Source: Chrysomallon squamiferum (lineage: Eukaryota > Animalia > Mollusca). Taken from it: a stretch of 64,000 nucleotides of DNA. The notes beneath the pieces are model-generated. The model had not been told where the DNA came from. It saw only the letters and a program-made list of their open reading frames with translations, and made no database searches. Below, piece after piece: positions 15,181-30,763 of the stretch (its first letter is position 1; each line of letters starts with the position of its first letter). The DNA lies in the NCBI GenBank assembly GCA_012295275.1, contig CM022679.1, positions 21,948,001-22,012,000 of the forward strand, given 5' to 3'. The position numbers were made by a program, and so were the translations under genes.

Positions 15181-18067
15181 TGAACACACACACACACATG
15201 AACACACACACACGAAAACACACACATGAACACACACAAACGAACACACACACATAATCGCGCTCTGCAATATGTCTAACAAAACTAGCAAATCGCAAAA
15301 AAAAAAATCTACAGACACATTATTCTTTGTCTTATTTTCTCCAGAGCACTGATCTCTCGTTCATCATAAATCTACATGCCGACACGATTTTCCCTTTTCA
15401 CTGAAATAATCTCTCATTGAGAACAGTGAAAATAAATCCTACGGTTCGGCGTTTTTTGACTTAATCATTTGGGACAAGACAAAGACAAGGACGTGTATGT
15501 CGTCAAAGATCATAGACAGTGCACTTCCTGGTCATCAGTTATCTACGTGTGTTATAATATCGAGTAGAGAGACAAATGATTATCGATTAAAAAAAAAAAA
15601 AAAAAAAAAAAATTGAACAATGAGTCATAAATCTTGAATGAAACAAACACAAGGTGAATGAATGACATATGTCTGAGTAGATACCGATGTCATTAATGTA
15701 ATTTTGTAGTAATTTGTTTAAGTTAATTTTTTGAAAAATCATTTGTGTAAATTATGTATGTCTTTCATTATTGTTTTATTTATTTTTTATTATTATAATT
15801 ATTATTATTTTACTACTGCTATTTTTATTTATTTATTTATTTATTTATTTAACCCTTTCTTCTTGTTTTTCCTACTGTTCAAAGTAAATAGATTCTTTTT
15901 AATGTAATATTATCCCTTATTTGTGTTCCACTTCGTGATTTTTTGTTTTTTTATTATTATTATTCTTTTCTATTCTATTTTTTTCCATTATTATTTTTTT
16001 TTTTTTTTTGTGTTTTTTTATTTCGTTAATAATAAAGCTTATCTTCGTATCTTGATTCACGTCGAATGAGTTGCGCTTCAATAAGGCGGAAATTATAACA
16101 CAACATTTGCGCGTTATTTCACTGGCTGGTTTTAATCGTTTTTTCCACTTCATAAACCTGTTGATTAACAGCAGTCTGTTTGTCGAGGAACATGTAATAA
16201 TTAACAGTGTTATGTTTGTTTTTTTCGTTTCATTTAACACACAGTGTTACTGACTTCTTCATCAGAAACGAAACTAATCAGAGAGAATCTTGATAAACAT
16301 TTTAAAATAATAAAACTTGCTGCACGCAATACCGGAAGCCGCTCAGCATGATCCCACAATGCAACACGCTTAGGCCGGCGAGAATGAAATAATCATTTCA
16401 CGAAATTTAACAGTATTTAATATTCCCTTTAGAATTTTATCTATATAGTCTACAGAAAATTAGCAAATGCAGTGATAATTATTTATTTGTTACTTGTTCG
16501 TAGTAATTTGTTTTCTTTAAGGCGCTCAAGAACGGTATGATATTTGAAAACGATTTGGTGTCTTGTTTCAAAATACAAAATATTGAAAACGAAATAAATT
16601 ATCAATTATGTTTTAGAAGAACAAGAAGAAAAATTATAATAAAGATGAGAAAAATTATCAGTAAGTATAAAAATCTTATCTTTATTATTATTAGTTTTAT
16701 TTCTTCTTCTTCGTTTTTCTTTTTTTCATTTTTCCCAGCTTTAGTTTCTTCTGTCCTTCACTAATCTCAGTAATTAATTTTCTACTCAGTTTAAGTTGTA
16801 AATGAAAATAGATTCAAATAGTAGAAATAAATATTATAAATTGAAAGTTTAAAATCTAGTTTTCTAATTTTATTTACTTTAATACTTCTTATTATTTTCT
16901 GAAATCGGGCAGACAAAAGCAAAACAAAGAAAAAAGAAGATTTAAAACTATATTAAATTTATTAAAAATTATAATTATATATATATATACATTTTATATA
17001 TACGTGTTATATATATGCACATTTTATAAGGTGATTATTAGAACGGAAATATATGTAAATTCAAAAGGCTTTTTTAAATTAAAGCATATGAATGATATAG
17101 TTTTATATATGTAAGTATATAATTAGGTTTATAGGTATATATAAATAAAAAAAATTAATATATTATTATTCAATGAGTTACTCCTTCATCAGCCTTTTCA
17201 TACGACACATATTTCCATATATGGATATTTTATTTCCAGATAACTACATTCATATCTTGCATTATTAATTAAAGCTTATAACCTCTCGAGTTATATTTAA
17301 TACAACATAAACTCTGAGTGATATTAAAGTCTTTATTTCGTTATAAAAATAATTATTTCTGGTAAGAGTTTACTTCGGTTTCCGCGACCAGAATGATCGC
17401 GATTAAGTTTTGAACAAAGAAAGCCTTTGAAAAACTGTCTTTATCGTCAGTTTATTTCTGATATTAAAAACCATTTCCATGAATCGAGGCATCTACAACC
17501 GTTCCTCGTTTTTTTAATGGTATTAAAATATCTCATTGTAATAGCGTTTAATAGCTATTGTACGATTATGTTATTTTTACATATTGCTGTTTTTAGGATG
17601 TTTTGTTCATAATTTTATTTTCGTCGCCTCACCCAAATTTCACTTGATCAGTAGGTCATTATTTCATGACAACAATTTTGTTTTGCTATTTTAAGCGAAA
17701 TGAATTTCTAATGGGCTTCTTTTTCGAAAGTTCAGTTTCGAAAATAGCATATTAATGTAATTGCTATGTTATTTTTATACGGACTAATTAGAAGGATTTC
17801 AATTCTCTTCTGCACTTTTGATGTTTCTAATGGATGACGTCATAAAGAGAAGTATGATATTTTTGTTATTTCATTTGTTCTTTCTGTTTCGATTTTAATT
17901 AACTGGTGTTATAATTAAATTAATGTTTTAGAATTCTTAGTCACTTTTATTACTTTTATGTCTGCTTTTTTATCTATAAAGACATCTATTCTATATGTCT
18001 GCTTATCTATGTACATATGAAAAAGTATGTAAGTATGTATATGACGAAAGATTGATGATAGAGAGAG

Positions 18068-18148
<81 letters not shown>

Positions 18149-19110
18149 CTTTTTATATGTATATTCCAGAGGGTTTTTATTATTTTATTATTTTTACTTT
18201 CTAGACAAGTCACTGGAAGGTTTAACATGCCTCATTGGCTCTGGTCACTTGACTTTTACACATCGTAGGCGTAGTCTCGAAAATCCCATAGTTCAGACAA
18301 GCTTTGGATGTCATCGAGACTTCATATTCAGAGTTATCATTCTTGTTAAGACAGACATGTTCAATCCAGCCAGTCTCATGTGTCACTTGTGCACTTCTTA
18401 TTGGCCTACTTAGTGTATTTTTCTTGTTTTCACTGTAATTGTTTTTGTTGGCATCTCCAAAAGTTAATATGTACTTTTGCTTTGTTTACCTCCTTCTCTC
18501 TGTATCCCTCTCCTTATTGATATATGTCTGTCCGTCTGTCTCTCTCTCTCTCTCTCACTCTATCTTTTATCTCACCTTTCTTTATTTTTCTGAAATATTC
18601 TTCTCTCTTTTCCTCTCTGTCTTTCTCTCTCGCCTTTATGTCTCTATCAGATTATCTTATCTCTCGCTTTCAGTTTCATTTATATTTTTCCGTTCTACAT
18701 ATACATCACTCGTTCTCCTCGCGTTCTCTTCTCTTCTCTCACTCTTTCTTTCTCCATCTCTCTCTCTCAGTCTCATTTATGTTTTTCCCTCATTTGTTCC
18801 ATATTTTTTCATAATTTTTGCCCATTCTTTTCTCTTCTCTCTTTCATTTCTTTCTCCTTCTGTCGCTTCTTTATTTCTCGCTGAGATTATCTTCTCTCCA
18901 TCTTTGTGTCAAGTATTTTTAGATATCGTTCCAATTATAACATTTTTAGTTTAACATTTTTTAAATATTTATACAATACTGAGTTGTACACTGTGATAAA
19001 CAGAACAGAGGACATCAACTCACTATACACAGCTAAAGTCTGGATACTGTAAATGCAGGGAACTGCGTTTATTTATTTTGAATTTAAAATAATAAATAAA
19101 TAAATTTATA

Positions 19111-19183
<73 letters not shown>

Positions 19184-19319
19184 TTAAAATAAATAAATAA
19201 ATATTCCAAGGGAATTACAAATCTCTTATTTATTAGAGAACAGAAAATTACAATCAGCGAAAATTATAACATCGTAAACAATAAAATACACATTTGCAAC
19301 ACAGGTTAAAAAATAATAA

Positions 19320-19402
<83 letters not shown>

Positions 19403-19540
19403 TGTTGTAATAATAATAAAAGTAATAATTACTTCAAGGGCAACAACTGCTGTAAGCTGTTATAAGCACATAGTTTATAGGAGTAGCTTCCCTTCAGTGT
19501 TTAACATATGTTTAATAATTATTTATCAGTATTAAACCTG

Positions 19541-19894
19541 CATGGCCGTAACTACACTGAGGCTAATGAGGCAAATCCCTCACAGGGAAAATGACGAATT
19601 TCTTTTTTCTTTCTGTTTTTTTTTTTTTTTTATTATTTTATTTTAGTATAATGATTTTTTTTTTTTTTTTTTTTTTTTTATTCTAAGGTCTTATTTAAAA
19701 ATATATAAAAAGATAAATCTCTCTTCCGACAGAAACGGTATCCACTGAAAGAATTCGTTTATATCTACGGATATCGTTTGAAGTCTACCGATGAAAGAGA
19801 TAACTGACTTAAAAGATACCAGACATCAAACAGGTTTATCGAGCACCTGATGATTTTTTGTCGGATTTCAAAAAAGAGTCTAGTTAAGGCCATA
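19541..19894 (+). mobile_element. MITE copy 1 (TIR CATGGCCGTAACTA)
   Basis: Starts CATGGCCGTAACTA and ends TAGTTAAGGCCATA. Internal sequence (gacagaaacg, tctacgg..cgtttgaagtctaccga, ataactgactt) is shared in inverted orientation with 28135-28403. Confidence 0.75.
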
Positions 19895-20749
19895 ATCGGT
19901 AGGTATATTTGTTCTGCGAGAACTCATCAAAATATCTATTTTAAGGAATGATAGATAACTGAGCGACAAATTGATAAACTAATGACTAGACAGGTCGGAA
20001 AGTGTCTCAGCTGGCGCTTTACGATTATGTAATTCTCATCTGCTTTCCTTCATTCAGCCACAATACATATACACGTATATACATACATATATATATATAT
20101 AAATACACCATCGTTCACATAAACACATGCACACCCACGCACACACACACACACACACGCACCACACACGGTCCCTAAACTAGGAGTGGCCACGGCAGCT
20201 TCAAAATTTAAATCTAAATGTCAAAACAGCGTGATAAAAGTTCAAAAACAAAACAACAACAACAACGACGACAACAACAAAAAACAACATTATGGTGATC
20301 TGAAATGAAAAACCCCATTGATGAGGATAACAGTGGTTAAACACACCTCGTTGCTGTTTAAAAAGGGTCCCCGGTAACATCAAACTTCAAGTCCTCAAAA
20401 ATGTTGGTCCGCACTGCACCCAAGTCATATATTACGTATATAAATACAATATCACACTATAACCATACATACCAGACCTTCAAATAATAATATTAGTAAT
20501 AACTGTGTTTGTTCGTAATAAATACATGTATATTTATAAAATGTTCAGGGTATGTACGTGACAGCGAGCGTGCTTATTTGCGTATGATACAAGCGAGCAA
20601 AAAAAGAAGCGACATAATATTTAGATGGAAAGACAACTCTTCTTGGTTTTATTTTAGACACGATCAATTCCCTTGATTATTTCACAGGTTTTTTTTTTTT
20701 TTGTTTAGTGGGGGTTTTTTCCACTTATATATGGTAAATATTGTGTGAA

Positions 20750-20800
<51 letters not shown>

Positions 20801-21611
20801 AAAATTTAGCATAATCATAAATCCGATCTCCCAATTTTTTATTGTTTTCTGATATTTTTATTATTTTTATTGTATTTTTTCGGCTTGTTTTATTCTCTCT
20901 CTTTCTCTCTCGCTCTTTTTTTTTTTTTTTTTTTTTTTTCTTTCGTTATTAAATAGTTCGGTGCACTCTTATTTTTATTTCCTTTTTTTATTATTATTAT
21001 TTCGTTCTTTCATCTTTTTCCCCCTTTCATGGTTATTATTGTTATTGTCATATAAAGCCATTTTCTACTGTCTGTTATCAAACTAGTAACTACATTATCA
21101 GATGACAATAAAGTATTCCTTTGAAGTCGGATCTTATTTCACAGAACATGCAGAGTTTATTACACGATGCATTAAATTCGATTACACCGGTCATATCGGG
21201 TGACCATTGACAATGATATATGTTTCTGTGGGTGTTTTTTTCTTCTTCTTTTTTTTCTTTTTTTTTTTTTTCTTTGTCTGTTCTTTTTAAAAATTTGATT
21301 ATTATTTTGTTTTAACAACAATAATAAAGTGCATGTGTGAGAGCATGTGAGTGTGCGTAAATGTGCATGCGTGCTTGCGCGCATCATTCTTCGTATGTGT
21401 TAAACGTGTCTAATTACCGTAGCTAATTCTTTATTTCTTCTTCTTTTTTTTCTTATTTTTTTTTTTTTCAATTATTATTCATCTTCTAACAGTAATTATA
21501 ATAATCAGCTTTACATTAATTGATACTCAATATCATTATTATTTAAATCAGATAAAGAGGTATCGTTTGATGAGGGATGAAAGACCGAACCGTGAGCATC
21601 CATCAACAAAC

Positions 21612-21666
<55 letters not shown>

Positions 21667-21696
21667 TTTTTGTTAATTTAAATTAATTATAATATA

Positions 21697-21757
<61 letters not shown>

Positions 21758-21956
21758 TAATATTTTTATTTTATTATATTATTGATATGTTACAATAAAT
21801 TAATTTTCAGTTTGAAAGACTACAACGATTCCGTAGGACTCTCTTGAAATTTCTGTTTTGACACTTACAAGTTTTATAAGAATCACGATAGGAAACATTA
21901 ACCCTGTCATTACGTCACACCTTGTCTTTATAATCATCTCCTAATCACGTCATCAT

Positions 21957-21991
<35 letters not shown>

Positions 21992-22853
21992 GACCATCAT
22001 AAAAATCACGTCTTAATTTTTATTTTATTTTTTATTTTTTTTATCTTCCATCACAGTAATGACAGTATGAAACATTTACAACCGTATCGTGCCTCACAAT
22101 CACTTTGTAATCATCATTCAATCACGCCATCATTTTACAGCCATCATATAATCATACACACAATCACCGGGTCTCGCTCGCTCAGTGCCTGTGATCATGA
22201 AGTTAATGACTACACGCTTTGACTCTTTCTTTGTGTACTAATGATGAAACGATCACCGTTACGTCTGGTCGTAGATTTTCATTTTTTTTTTTTTTTTTTT
22301 TTTTTTTTACGTCACAAAATTAATTCTGCAAACCATAGAGACCTTTTTAATCTCTGTACGTTATATCTGGTGGTATTTTTTTCTTCTTTTCTTTCTCTTC
22401 TTCGTCTATATTTTTTATATATTTTTTTTTTTCTCTCGTCTATGTGTTTTTTCCTTTTTTAATTCTTGTTAATGGTGTTTGTTGCTCTAACACTAGCATA
22501 TTGTAGATTAAAGAACGGGAAGCGTACAAGATTTTTCTCTTCCAAAAGAGTTTTAAGAAGAAGGGAGAAATAAAAAATAAATAAAAATAAAAATAAAAAG
22601 ATCGTCTTTAATAGGAAGCGACAGGGGTTAAACGGCAGTTTGGGGCAATTAAGCCGTTTTGAAATAAGTGACAAAGATTTCTGTTCGTACTAATTTAGCC
22701 TGGAGATCGGGCCACATCAAACAAGATCAAACGTAGAACGGCTCTTGAAACTCATTTCAGTTCGTCTTTTAATCTCCGTTCTTCTTGTCGCTTTAAACAT
22801 CGTCATGTTTGTCAAATGTGCCTCTGGTCTTCATAAAGGGTTCATTTTGTTCA

Positions 22854-22885
<32 letters not shown>

Positions 22886-23677
22886 GAAATCATTATGGCC
22901 CTTATTTTGGTTCAATATGGTCAATTACGATAATTCTTAAACTGCATTTTCCAGTCAGTTGCAAAAATGGTTCAAAAAGGATAAAATAATATTAATAATA
23001 ATAATTCTTTTCTTTTCTTTTCTTTTTTTTTTCTTCTTAAGAAGGCAAAGAAGCGAAAATGAACGATATTTCTGTGTTGCTGGAGGTTAGGTGAAAAGCC
23101 ATTTTTCTCCCTATTTCGCCAACAGTCTGTGACAGACAAAGCAAAATGAGAGTCATTTTTTTTCTTTTTTTTTCTCTGTTTTCTTTGTGGCGGGGAAAAA
23201 TTATGAATAATATAGGTTCAATTGCTTTGATTTAAATTGATGGACTTTTGATAAACCGAACAACAAAGGGCCGTTGAAAGACAAAAGTGAAAATATTGCT
23301 TTGAGGATTAAAAGAAGAAAGAGAAAAAAGCGAGGAGGCTTGGCAGAACACGCATAGCGATTTATGTAGTTACTGACTTCAGACGAAATGAATCAAATGA
23401 TACGCCCTGAAGGTTCGCTTTGATCACACTCTGTTTTAAAGATTTCTAGTCTGTGTGTGTATGCGTGTGCGTGTGTATGTGTGTGTATGCGTGCGTGTAT
23501 GCTCGCTACTGAATGTCTACGTGTATAAATATGTATGGGTATTTTTATATTTACGTGTATTTATGTGTGGGTAATTGGGTAGGTGGGTGTTTGTTTAAAT
23601 CTAAGTATAATATGGGTGTACGGTATGTATACATGTATTTGCGTGCGAGAGTCTGTGTTTGTAAGTGTGTGTGTAAA

Positions 23678-23805
23678 AATGAAATGCTTTATTTAACAAT
23701 GCATTCAACACTTTTATTCTACTGCTACATGGCATCGCAGTATGTCGCTAATGAGAGAAGAAACCCGCTGCTCCCAGTGTGTTACTCTTTTTCGATTGGC
23801 AGTAA
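23678..23805 (+). mobile_element. Degenerate SINE-like dispersed repeat fragment
   Basis: gaaatgctttatttaacaatgcattcaacac...gagagaagaaacccgctg...tactctttttcgattggcagtaa; shares motifs with 60063-60175. Confidence 0.5.
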
Positions 23806-24559
23806 CGTTACTGCGTATATTTAATATTATATGGTTGTTTTGATTTGATGTGTCCCTCTATGTCTTTGTGCTTACCTGCAACCATTTATACAAAAATATA
23901 TACACGTTTGTATGTATGTATTTACGTATGTATGCATTATACACCTATTGTGGTTGTGGCCGTGGTAGCAGTAGCAGTAACAGTAGCAGTGGTAGTGGTA
24001 ATGGTAGTATTAATATTAGTAGTTGTTACTGCAGCAATAGTAGAACCTCGATTATCTGTTACTTTATTTTCAGGTATCTGTTATGTATAGGAAAACGTCA
24101 TACCAGTAATTTTGGATAATCCAGTTAGGAAGATTAACCCGGCGAGACACTAGTACCCGCTGTTAAATCTGTTAACACGATTTAACTGCAGTGCACTCCC
24201 TTCTGGTTTTATTAGCGCAAGAAATTTCTTTTATAACGAACTATTCATGTTCCTTTGACAGACTGCACTGGTGGTCAGTCAGCCTTTGAGTCATGTACAG
24301 TATCCGCACTTTATGACTTCTATGATTACTGGTAATAGTATTATATGAGTAACTGTATTATAACATAAAAAGGTTTTTTCCTACATGCTGTTATGATTGT
24401 AATACGCAGTAAAGGTATTTATTAGAAACAGGAATGTCAGAAGAAAATATTTGTTTCATAGTATGTAAATGTACTTGTTCATACTTGATTTTATTTATTT
24501 ATTTATTTTTTATTTTTAGTAGTAATAATAATAGTAGTAGCAGTGGTAGCAGCAGCAGC

Positions 24560-24593
<34 letters not shown>

Positions 24594-24687
24594 ATAGTAA
24601 TAAAAGTATTAGTTGTATCATTATTATCATTATTATTATAACTATTATTATTATAAGTATTATTATTAGTAGTAGTAGTATACTGTA

Positions 24688-24801
<114 letters not shown>

Positions 24802-25103
24802 GAAATTAATTTATTTTTTTTTTTTTTAGGTATATGTGTGTGCATTGTTGTTGTTGTTTCTTGAAGCGGATCGATCCTGCAACATACGGCACGTCATTTA
24901 GCCGCTGATGACAAAGAGGCGGGTGATTTATGCACTGTGGTTTAACACAACACATTAATTTCATTTGTAAGTAAGCCAATCCCGGTATCGGTCTAAAGTT
25001 ACAGTAATGGAGAAGAGAAGCAAGCATCTCTATTTTTTATTTATGTAATTATATTTTGAATGATATATGTTTTTATATGTATGTTGTATGTGTGTGTGGG
25101 GGG

Positions 25104-25174
<71 letters not shown>

Positions 25175-25648
25175 AATAATGGACAAACACAAATGAGACT
25201 GAGAGAGTGAAAATAATCTGAAAGATAAATAAAGGAGAGACAGACAGACAAACATACTGACAGGGACATGGAAAGAAGAAGAAAGAGATAACAAATTCAC
25301 CAAGAGAGGAAAAGAAAAAAGCATAACCCCCCCACACCGACCTACCAATCCCTAGAAAATTCTGAAAAACAAAACCGAAACGCAGAAACGTAATCCCATA
25401 CACACAGCCATCGCTTAATTACTATTCACAATCCTCACCACATTAACTATTCATATTTTTGATCTGGGGAATTAATGCAATTTCTAATCATTTCCTTTTC
25501 ATGTGGTTTCCGGTTTCTCGTCTGAAGTGTGTGTATTACACTTCAAACGCGCGTGCTAATCCGAGTGCCGCAAATACACAGAACAAACAAGTCGCGAGAC
25601 GACAGGTATAAGTATCAAACAACTAACACGTGTTACAGGACTTAGCAA

Positions 25649-25687
<39 letters not shown>

Positions 25688-25761
25688 GTCAAATATAAAA
25701 AAAAAATACAGAAATGTGATCCTAGGTTGGTTGTGTTTCTTGTGTTCGTTTTGTAACAGCT

Positions 25762-25841
<80 letters not shown>

Positions 25842-26239
25842 AATGGTGATTCTTACATATAGCACTGTTAATGAATTTCTATTTTTAATGCTTGTTTTTC
25901 TTATTTCGGACTATTGTGTCGAGTCTTAGGAAAAGAAATATTTATTTTATGTATAAATTTAATTTGTAAAGATCAACTTTTATTTGATTTGATTTTAATG
26001 TGATAACTTGTATTAATTTTTATTAAACATAATTATTGCATTTGGTGCTTTGTTTTTGATAATTATCAAGATAATAATGATGGTGCTAATAATAATGATG
26101 ATGATGATAATGTTCTTCTTGTTGTTAATAAAATTATGTTGTTGTTGTTGTTATTTTTCTTATTATCTTCAAATGTATGCTCATTCTTTATTTCCCTAAA
26201 CCATTTCTATTTGTAGTGTTGTAGCACGTGTTCAGGGTT

Positions 26240-26720
26240 TCATCAGATCCACCCAGAAATCCAGATCTATTACGTAATTATATGACGTAGATGGAGCAGA
26301 TAAATGACGTATGTGGAGCAGAGATATATGACGTGCGTGGCGCCGATCCACAGCAAAATGACATTAAATCCATTCAATCATAGTAAATCCACATAATTAA
26401 TAATTATCCATTATGTAATTACAGCAGATCCGCTGTATATAATTATTCCAGATCCATAGTACAGTAACAGCAGACGATCCATTACACAAAAAAAAAATAC
26501 ATTCAGATGTAATTTCTGCACCTAAACACTATAATCAAAGCAAATCCACAATCTATAATTACTGCACATCCACAGTACAATTAGACTGGATCTATTCAGT
26601 ATAATTACAACCGATCTATAACTAGACTAAAAGCAGATTCATAATGTTATTATAGTCATTTCATAAATTATGACGGGTCCGTTGCCTAATTATAGCAGAG
26701 GCATACAGCTTGATTACAGC
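26240..26720. repeat. Old degenerate minisatellite (~22-25 bp)
   Basis: Recurring ataatta..gcagatcca-like units, including three atgacgt...gg.gc.ga units at ~26280-26350. Confidence 0.6.
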
Positions 26721-27181
26721 TAAACATTGATTATGCGCGAATGGTGAATCCTTTACAATGGGGAAACACTATACTGTTTAACCTTTTATCTGAATTTGTG
26801 CGGTCAGCGACAAAACGAACGAATTCACTGACCACTGAATCGATAAGAAAAGGTCACGTGATTCACTCTAATGACCACCCGAGACCCTATTAGCATACTG
26901 AATTACTTGGGCGTCATGATTAATTAAGCAGTAGAAAAGATAACGACGTAATTAACGCAAACTCCACTGCCTTCTGTCTGAACCCAGAATAATACAGAAC
27001 TAGACTTTGTCGTGGTTGATTTCGTTTTGTGTATAATTATTTCGTCTGTTTTACGAGTGTCTGTGTGTGTGTGTGTGCGTTTGATAATCAAGATAAAGAC
27101 TTAAGAAACGGAATAAGATTATTTGAATCTGTCACTTTCTCATAATGTCTCTCTGTCTCTGTCTTCCTGTATTTCGTTAAA

Positions 27182-27274
<93 letters not shown>

Positions 27275-27409
27275 CTGTTCTTTTTCTTTTTCTCTCTTCT
27301 GTTTTAACTCAGTTTCTCTTTCGGTTTCTTTTAATCTATTTTCTTTCTTTCTTTCTTCTTTTCTTTCTTTCTTTTTTCTTTCTTTTCCCTTTCCGCCTCT
27401 CTTTTGGTC

Positions 27410-27454
<45 letters not shown>

Positions 27455-28134
27455 ACAATATAAAACAAAACCCGTTTCTTCATGTCCTCGATACCCTGAT
27501 GATTTTAAATATTTTTTTCTTTGGCTTGGATCTTCTTCTTTTTAGTTTTTTTCGTTCTTTAACGCAGTAACCTTGTAACACGCCCAGTTCCAGCTGAATT
27601 CAATAAATTATTATTTTCGCCATACGAACGGGCAAAACATATCCTTTGTAAAAATATCCTTTAATTTAAATTTTATTAATAAATCGTCAGTTTCGATATT
27701 AAAAAAGAAAAAAAAAAAAAACCTTTAGAAGTTTCGTTTGCATTCGTTAAAAGCGCTTTGAAAATATGGTTGTTTTTGATGTTACTATTTATGTCAATGT
27801 GTTGATTTTGATGGCGTCGTTTCTGTGTTCTTGATGAACCGTGCATGTATGTGCAGTTGTCGATGGCGATACTCTTATGTTGAATGTGTATTAATTTACT
27901 TATTTACTGAGTAACTTACCTATAAACTCATATATTTTACTTGCAACTTTGTATATATTTTACAAATATTTTTTATTAACACTTTGCTTTTGGGAATAGT
28001 CTTCCTGTTTGCACATACATACATACATACATACATATAAACACACATATACAGCCACACACACACACATACATACACACATACACACACATTCATACAC
28101 ACATATATACATAAATACATACATACATACATTC

Positions 28135-28403
28135 CATGGCCGTAACTAGACTTTTTATGAAATGAGTCAAAAACTGATGTCTTTGAAGTCAGTTATATCT
28201 TTCATCGCATTGATGTCGGTAGACTTCAAACGGTAACCGTAGACATAAATGAATTCATTCATTGGTTATCGTTTCTGTCAGAATAGAAATTTTATATTTT
28301 TAAAATAAAATATTTGTATTAATTTTTTTTTTTTTTTTTTTTAAGTCGTCAATTTCGGTATGAGTCATTTGCCTCATTTGCTTCAGTGTAAATTAGAGCC
28401 ATA
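28135..28403 (-). mobile_element. MITE copy 2, inverted relative to copy 1
   Basis: Starts CATGGCCGTAACTAG. The reverse complement of the right end (atggctctaatttacactgaagcaaatgaggcaaatgactca) matches the start of copy 1. Inserted in an (ATAC/ATCC)n tract. Confidence 0.75.
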
Positions 28404-29378
28404 ATCCATCCATCCATCCATCCATAAATACATGTATAAGCCTGTGTGCGCGCATTTATTTGTATTTGTGTTTGTAAGTCTGTAGTATTATGCGTCTGAT
28501 GTCAGAACTGATAAATTAAAGTATACTAATTTCACAATAAATATTTGGGTCTGTCTTCTGCAGATGTTTAAAAAAAATTGTAAAACAATAAAAGAAAGAA
28601 GAAAAAAAAAAAAAAAAAAAAAAAAAAAAGAAAGGAAGAAAGAAACATCGAATTTCACCTGAAGATCATTAACGAGCTTCGATCGTAGATCGGTCGGGGC
28701 CTCGAGCGGAAGTCTCTAATTTAACCATAGCTTTTTATTCGTCTGAAGTAAATTAACGAATATTAGCTTACATTCACGAGCAGCCTTTAATTATAATACA
28801 ATTACTGACAGCAGACGTATAGCGTAGCAATAAAAACAAAAACGACGCCATCAAACATGTCTTGGCATGGACAGCCATTGGCAGCTATCAGCTCTCTTGG
28901 CTTTTTCTTGTTTGAAATAAAAACATGAAACGTAGCAATCAAAGTTTCGCCGTGTTATCTTGTTCCCCACAATATGAGGTGTGTTTGCCTTCGGCTATCG
29001 CCTTGATCTTATCATATCAATATAGATTTAGCTCTGGGTCGGCGCCTTTGATGTTGCCTGTTGTTGCACCGTCTTCTAGGGACGTGCGCAAGGTTCGATA
29101 ACTCTTCGTCTCGCGGGACAGGTGGCGGGACGGCCTAATCCCGCTTTCATGTCGGGCAGGATTTCCTTCGGGAGAATGCCGAAAGATCGATCGGGTGATT
29201 TCGCCTTTCGTCAGCGGCATATTATATTCGAGCGACTAATCCACAAGACTAAATGTTTGAACATGAACATTAACTGGCAAAACGCTTTGATATCAGACAT
29301 TCTTTCTAGCAGAGTGTTAAACAAAGGCATATCGAATGAAAGCGTTAACAGTTTTTCTGTCCTTTCTTCCGTACCTCA

Positions 29379-29427
<49 letters not shown>

Positions 29428-30697
29428 TTTGGTTTACTCATGTCTGCTATTCTTTTGATCTACATGTTGTTATTTCATTATTTTGATTAAGTGGAAATTA
29501 AATAAATAAATAAATATAAATAAATAAATAAATAAATAAAATTAAACAATCGCCCATAAACACTAAGACATATGTACGTGGCGTGTTTACAACCGCTGTA
29601 TACATCCGTATAATGAGTCATATTGTTTTCTTCCTATTAATTTCCTCGAGCGTGATAAAGATTGAATGCTTTGAACTTAGTGGGTTCGGCTAGTAATAGG
29701 CTACTTTCCTTCTTTTTTTTTTCGGAAAAGATCGAAATGTTATTAATTTATTAATTATTATGAAAGGTTCTTGTTAAAATACTACTTTTAACTATTTTTG
29801 AAAAGTAACAAAGAACACCAATTATATATCTAGATATATTTACTTTCAAAAGATTATTTTATATGTTTCATGGCTATCACTCTTGTCTAATAATAAAGTT
29901 TGACAGTAAATGGTTGTTATTTCAAAATTTTATTATTTGTATAGTCATGACGTCATGACACATGTCGTCATGACAAAAAGAGAAAGATAAGCCTCCGTGC
30001 ATCTTCAAAAGAGTGTTATTCTACTGTCATACGTTATTGTTATGAAAGATTAGAAACAAAAACAATAATTCGTTGAAATAATACTTGATCTATAAAGAAA
30101 CAGTTTTAAGTTGTTTTTGTTTGTTTTGTTTTAGCTTTTTTCCGTACGTTCTTCTAAATGTCTTAATCAGGATGATGATATACGATTGTATATATTCATG
30201 TGTGTTTATGTATGTATGTATGTATGTATGTATGTATGTATGTATGTATGTATGTATGTATGTATGTGTGTGTAAATGTGCGTGTGTATGTATAATAAAA
30301 CAGATGAAAAGCAAACTAACACTGGAGCCATTAACTCTGTTGCATACATCTTCATATTTTTTCGCGGTTCGTGCGCTGTGTGGGAATTCAGAGCAGTTTA
30401 GTGAGATACACAGCGTATTAGTCGAGTGATAAATTAACACAACATTTATTGCTGTCCTGAATTATTCATCGCAGAAGCAGAGGAACTATGAAATGGAATA
30501 ATTTATCTATGTTTTCCGTACATACTTCTGTAGATGAACTTCCACATGTAATGTAATAACAAAATACAGCACATTGACTGGAAGGGAGGAACGACCAATC
30601 TGATGGTCAGTCCTTTAATGACAGCATATTTAGTATATTTCCCGTTCCAGCCAATACTACATTACTTATGAATACAAGAACATACATTTCTGATATG

Positions 30698-30763
<66 letters not shown>

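Noticed and set aside
24900-24930. CTGATGA hammerhead-like cores (also near 19845, 27497 and 38067)
   Set aside because: No stem II followed by GAAA and no flanking helices visible.
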